64,000 bases of DNA. It comes from an uncultured Methylomirabilota bacterium (GTDB taxonomy: Bacteria > Methylomirabilota > Methylomirabilia > Methylomirabilales > 2-02-FULL-66-22). Positions 60,194 to 64,000 of the stretch are shown here, piece by piece. The translations under genes and the position numbers were made by a program. Position 1 is the stretch's first letter, and every line of letters begins with the position of its first letter. Below the pieces are notes generated by a model. It did not search any database and had not been told where the DNA came from. It saw only the letters and a list, made by a program, of their open reading frames with translations. The DNA lies in assembly GCA_963845565.1 (NCBI GenBank), contig CAWJSJ010000002.1:2670713-2734712 (forward strand). Reading direction: 5' to 3'.

Positions 60194-60846
60194 CGGACTA
60201 CGCGGGACCGACGTGCGTTCTGTGCGGGGTGAAGGCGTGTACGGCCGAGCCGGAGGCAAAGACCCCACCGGGGTTTTGCCCCATGCCGGCGGAAGGGGAG
60301 TTGCTGGCGGAGGTGGAGCGGGCCTACCTGGAGCGGGATGATCTCAAGCGTCTGGCACTGGAATCGGCCCGCACCGAGGCCGCGGGGTACTGTCGGAGCA
60401 CGCGGGTCGAAGAGATCATGGATTTTGCCCGCCGGATGGGGTACCGGCAGCTTGGCATCGCGCACTGCGTGGGGTTGATGCAGGAGGCCAAGGCGGCGCG
60501 GGACATCTTCGTGGCGGGTGGGTTCGCGGTGTACACCGTGTGCTGCAAGGCCGGCTCGATCGACAAGGAGACCGTCGGGATCCGCGACGACGAGAAGGTG
60601 CGCCCCGGCCAGTACGAGGCGATGTGCAGTCCGGTGGGGCAGGCGGCACTCCTGGCCAAGGCCGGGACGGAGTTCAACGTCGTGATCGGTCTGTGCGTCG
60701 GCCATGACAGCCTGTTCTTCATGCACTCGAAGGCGCCGGCGACCGTGCTGGTGGCCAAGGATCGCGTGCTGGGACACAATCCGGTTGCGGCGCTCTATAC
60801 CAGCCACTCGTACTACAAGCGACTGACCGAACGACAGGCGACGTAA
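60190..60846 (+). CDS. DUF1847 domain protein (Cys-rich, metal-binding)
   Basis: CVLC...C...FCP, TRVEE, GIAHCVG, CCK, MCSP.GQA, GLCVGHD, KDRVLGHNP. Confidence 0.9.
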   Translation: MTDYAGPTCVLCGVKACTAEPEAKTPPGFCPMPAEGELLAEVERAYLERDDLKRLALESARTEAAGYCRSTRVEEIMDFARRMGYRQLGIAHCVGLMQEAKAARDIFVAGGFAVYTVCCKAGSIDKETVGIRDDEKVRPGQYEAMCSPVGQAALLAKAGTEFNVVIGLCVGHDSLFFMHSKAPATVLVAKDRVLGHNPVAALYTSHSYYKRLTERQAT

Positions 60847-60947
60847 GCCGTTGTCAAAGGATGACTTGATCAGAGATATTCCGGGAACGGCATAAGGAGC
60901 CGTAACGAAATGACAACAAATGGACAAGTTATTTCGTAACGGCTCCC
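60844..60947 (+). mobile_element. MITE-like composite palindromic element, full copy 2
   Basis: TAAGCCGTTGTCAAAGG...GAACGGCATA joined to AGGAGCCGTAACGAAA...TTTCGTAACGGCTCCC; begins at the DUF1847 TAA. Confidence 0.7.
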
Positions 60948-60968
60948 AAGAAAAGGGAGGGCACCGCC

Positions 60969-61472
60969 ATGACGTTACAGGACGTTTTCACGCTGTACGA
61001 ATACAATCGGTGGGCGAACGGCAGGACGCTGGATGCCGCCGAGAAGCTGGATCCGGCGGCATTCGTGAAGGATCTGAAGAACAGCTTTCCTTCGGTGCGG
61101 GACACGCTCGCGCACATTCTGGGGGCCGAGTGGGTCTGGCTGCACCGCTGGAGGGGGGAATCCGGGGCGGCGCTCTTGGCGGCGACGGACTTCCCGACCG
61201 TGGCCAGCCTGCGGGAGCGGTTTCGCGCCGTCGATGCGGAGCGGGGAACGTTCCTGGCATCGTTGACGGAGGAGCGGCTCCAGCGGCCCTTCGACTACCG
61301 CGACCTCGCCGGAAACCCGATGCGCTTACCCCTGGTTCAGACCATGCAGCACGTGGTCAATCACGGCACCTATCACCGAGGACAGATCACGACGATGCTC
61401 CGCCAACTCGGCGCCACGCCCATCGGCACCGACATGAGCCGGTTCTACCTGGACCGGGCTGCGGGGAAGTGA
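60969..61472 (+). CDS. DinB family protein
   Basis: YNRWAN, SVRDTLAH, HVVNHGTYHRGQ. Confidence 0.93.
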   Translation: MTLQDVFTLYEYNRWANGRTLDAAEKLDPAAFVKDLKNSFPSVRDTLAHILGAEWVWLHRWRGESGAALLAATDFPTVASLRERFRAVDAERGTFLASLTEERLQRPFDYRDLAGNPMRLPLVQTMQHVVNHGTYHRGQITTMLRQLGATPIGTDMSRFYLDRAAGK

Positions 61473-61571
61473 CGAGGGGCGGCAGGGGACGGCCAGCGGC
61501 TTGGCGGTCAGGCGGGGGGTGTCCCAGAGGCCCACGACGGTGACGGGCCATCAGTCAGGGAGGTTCGGGTG

Positions 61572-62021
61572 ATGCGCTGGATTACGCGGTCTCGTGTCCA
61601 TGTGGATCGTGTGGCGTGCCCTTGGCTCATCAAGCGCTTCGTCGATTCGAACGCGGACTTCCTGTTCGTGCCGGCGAGCCAGGTGCGGGCGGTGGCCGCA
61701 GAGACGGGTGCCACGCCATTCGACGTCCCAGGTGCCGAATTTGGCCATCATGAAGGACGGTGCTCGTTCGAGGTGATCATCGCCAAGTATCAGCTGACCG
61801 ATCCCGCATTACTCCGGCTGGCCCGCATCGTTCACGCAGCCGACATCGCCGCAGATCTGCATACGGATGAAATTGCGCCAGGCTTGGAGGCGATCGCGAC
61901 GGGGTTCGGCATGCTGTTCCCGGACGATCGCGCGAACCTGGAGGCCCAGCTCTGCGTGTACGATGCGCTCTATGCCTGGTGCCGGCTTCAGGTGGCCCGC
62001 GAGAGCGGGGCGGTACGGTAG
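61572..62021 (+). CDS. Chromate resistance protein ChrB-domain protein
   Basis: WITR....DRVACPWLIKRFVD..A.FLFV, PFD...F.H...CSFE, A.IVHAAD, YDALYAW. Confidence 0.88.
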   Translation: MRWITRSRVHVDRVACPWLIKRFVDSNADFLFVPASQVRAVAAETGATPFDVPGAEFGHHEGRCSFEVIIAKYQLTDPALLRLARIVHAADIAADLHTDEIAPGLEAIATGFGMLFPDDRANLEAQLCVYDALYAWCRLQVARESGAVR

Positions 62022-62131
62022 GGCGAGTTCGCGGCTCACCGCCGCGCGGGCCGTCTCTCAGGTTCTTGTGAGATTGGTGCCCACCGTGGCGAGGTGCACC
62101 GGCGCGTACACGGATCCGAAGGAGAGACGAC

Positions 62132-62644
62132 GTGGTGCCAACGATCCTCTTCGAAGTCAACGATCCCGATCTGCGAGAGCGATTCTTTCGTCATCTGCTC
62201 TTCGACGCCCTCTCGGGTCTCCGTGAGAACATCCCACCCGCCTGGGGGAAGATGACGGCCCGGCAGATGGTCGAGCATCTCGTCTGGGCGGCCGAGATCT
62301 CAACCGGGAGGGTGCAGGCGGAATGCTTCTTTCCCGAGGAGCAGCGCGAACGGCTCAAGGCGTTTCTGCACGACAATAGGCCTACGCCGCACGAGTTTCA
62401 AAACCCGGCGCTCGCGGCGGGACTGCCGCCTCTGCGCTACTCGGGTCTGGCCGCCGCCACCGCGGCGCTCCGCGCCGAGATGGACCGCTTTCTCCGCGAA
62501 GCGGTTGCCACGCCCTCCACGGCACGGATGCATCCCGTGTTCGGACCAATCGGGTCCGAGGCATGGGCCCGGTCGCATTTCAAGCACTGCTACCACCATT
62601 TGCTCCAATTCGGGTTGATCTCCCAGGGGAACACCATCTCGTAG
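62132..62644 (+). CDS. DinB-like / DUF1569-like four-helix protein
   Basis: PAWGKMTARQMVEHL...HPVFGP....W....KH..HHLLQFG; start uncertain. Confidence 0.75.
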   Translation: MVPTILFEVNDPDLRERFFRHLLFDALSGLRENIPPAWGKMTARQMVEHLVWAAEISTGRVQAECFFPEEQRERLKAFLHDNRPTPHEFQNPALAAGLPPLRYSGLAAATAALRAEMDRFLREAVATPSTARMHPVFGPIGSEAWARSHFKHCYHHLLQFGLISQGNTIS

Positions 62645-62662
62645 TCCAGGAGGATTCCAGCC

Positions 62663-63622
62663 ATGAAGCCCGTTGTGCTGGTCACCCGCACGCTTCCGCA
62701 GGCGGTCGAGGATCGTCTTCGCCGCGACTATCAGCCGCGGCTCAACCCCGACGACCGTCTCTATTCCAGCGACGCGCTGATCGAGGCCGCGCACGGCGCC
62801 GACGCGATCCTGACCTGCCACACGGAGCGCTTCTCCGCCGGGGTTCTGGAGCGGCTCCCGCGGAGCGTCCGTATCATCGCCACGTTTTCGGTGGGCTACG
62901 ACCACATCGACGTGGATGCCGCGAAACGCCGCGGCGTAGTTGCCACCAACACGCCCGACGTGGTGTCAGAAGCTACCGCTGAACTAACGATCCTCCTGAT
63001 GCTGGGGGCGGCCCGACGGGCGAGCGAAGCGGACCGGCTGGTGCGCTCGGGGGCGTGGCGCGATTGGAGCCCAAGTTTCATGGTGGGAACCCAGGTGACG
63101 GGGAAGCGGCTCGGCATCGTGGGGCTGGGGCGTGTCGGCCAGGTGACGGCCCGGCGTGCCCGCGGCTTTGATATGACGATTCACTACCACGACGTGCAGC
63201 GTCTGGCGGCGGCCCAGGAGCAGGGCGCGATGTACCACTCGACCCCCGAGGACCTGATGCCGCACTGCGACTTTCTGGCGTTCCATTGCGTCTCGACGCC
63301 GCAGACCCGGAAGATGCTCAACGCTGCGCGGATCGCCTTGCTCCCCGACGGCGCCATCGTGGTCAACGCCAGCCGGGGCGCCGTCATCGATGACGGCGCA
63401 CTCATCGCAGCGCTGAAGAGCGGCAAGGTGGCCGCGGCCGGTCTGGACGTCTACAACAACGAGCCCGACATCCATCCGGAGTATCGGGAGCTTCCCAACA
63501 CCTTCCTGATGCCGCACATCGGCACCGCCACCAAGGAGACCCGCGACGCCATGGGCTTCCGGGCCCTGGACAACCTGGATTCCTTCTTCGCGGGACGCGC
63601 ACCCCGCGACCGCGTGGCCTGA
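62663..63622 (+). CDS. D-glycerate dehydrogenase / glyoxylate reductase (GyaR-like)
   Basis: SVGYDHID, NTPDV...TAE, GLGRVG, NASRG, GLDVY..EP, PHIGTAT.ETR.AMG. Confidence 0.93.
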   Translation: MKPVVLVTRTLPQAVEDRLRRDYQPRLNPDDRLYSSDALIEAAHGADAILTCHTERFSAGVLERLPRSVRIIATFSVGYDHIDVDAAKRRGVVATNTPDVVSEATAELTILLMLGAARRASEADRLVRSGAWRDWSPSFMVGTQVTGKRLGIVGLGRVGQVTARRARGFDMTIHYHDVQRLAAAQEQGAMYHSTPEDLMPHCDFLAFHCVSTPQTRKMLNAARIALLPDGAIVVNASRGAVIDDGALIAALKSGKVAAAGLDVYNNEPDIHPEYRELPNTFLMPHIGTATKETRDAMGFRALDNLDSFFAGRAPRDRVA

Positions 63623-64000
63623 CCGCAGCGGTGGCAGCCGCGCCCTGGCGGCTGCGGACCGAACAGGGGTTCGAATCTCTCTGGAGAATCGATCCCACCC
63701 GCAACTCATTGACGGGCCTGGACAAATCCCTGCCGGGTTCGATTCCCCTCTCTGGAAAGGAACCCATCGATCCCACCAAATGTTTCCCCCATTCCCCCTG
63801 AACTGCAACAGCCCCGTCCGCCGTTCCTTGGTCCGCCTTCACCACTTTTGAATCGCGTTGCAGATTTGCCTGAGTTGGCGCCATATGTGAAACATGGGCG
63901 TTGCAGGTGGCACCTGAATTAACTCTGACAAGAGTATCGAAACATCTCAGGATTATAATTGTCCTCTATCAAAATTCTGCCTGTGGACGCGCGCAAGTCA

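Noticed and set aside
63660..63790. CRISPR array or intact tRNA at the right end
   Set aside because: Only two divergent copies of unequal length, no cas genes, and no D-arm, anticodon arm or acceptor stem that I can build.

Overview
GC-rich bacterial chromosomal window, densely coding, with no rRNA, intact tRNA, CRISPR array, transposase or prophage that I can support. From left to right: a partial CinA/PncC gene, a tandem-PilZ protein, rtcB and a Rieske ferredoxin; a 10-gene T2SS/type IV pilus hybrid operon (F-E-M-N-O-P-secretin-3 pseudopilins); heme A/O synthesis genes converging on a complete alternative complex III (actABCDEFG)-SCO-caa3 (A2-type) oxidase operon, with a divergent ABC-2 exporter; a class II ribonucleotide reductase (nrdJ) preceded by tandem NrdR boxes, followed by dcd; a DUF485-actP carboxylate permease converging on a membrane sCache_2-PAS-CBS-DUF294 nucleotidyltransferase and a metallophosphoesterase; a TPP enzyme; an FTCD with an inserted C2H2-type zinc finger; a Phd-PIN toxin-antitoxin pair; a W/Mo-pterin oxidoreductase resembling archaeal GAPOR; an SsuABC-like transporter; and a run of housekeeping enzymes. 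The best candidate for an undescribed system is the receptor nucleotidyltransferase/phosphoesterase pair beside actP. Four genes carry single-base insertions that are most likely sequencing errors. A roughly 100-bp MITE-like element occurs four times and supplies the stop codon of three genes. All family calls come from motif recognition; no database search was run.
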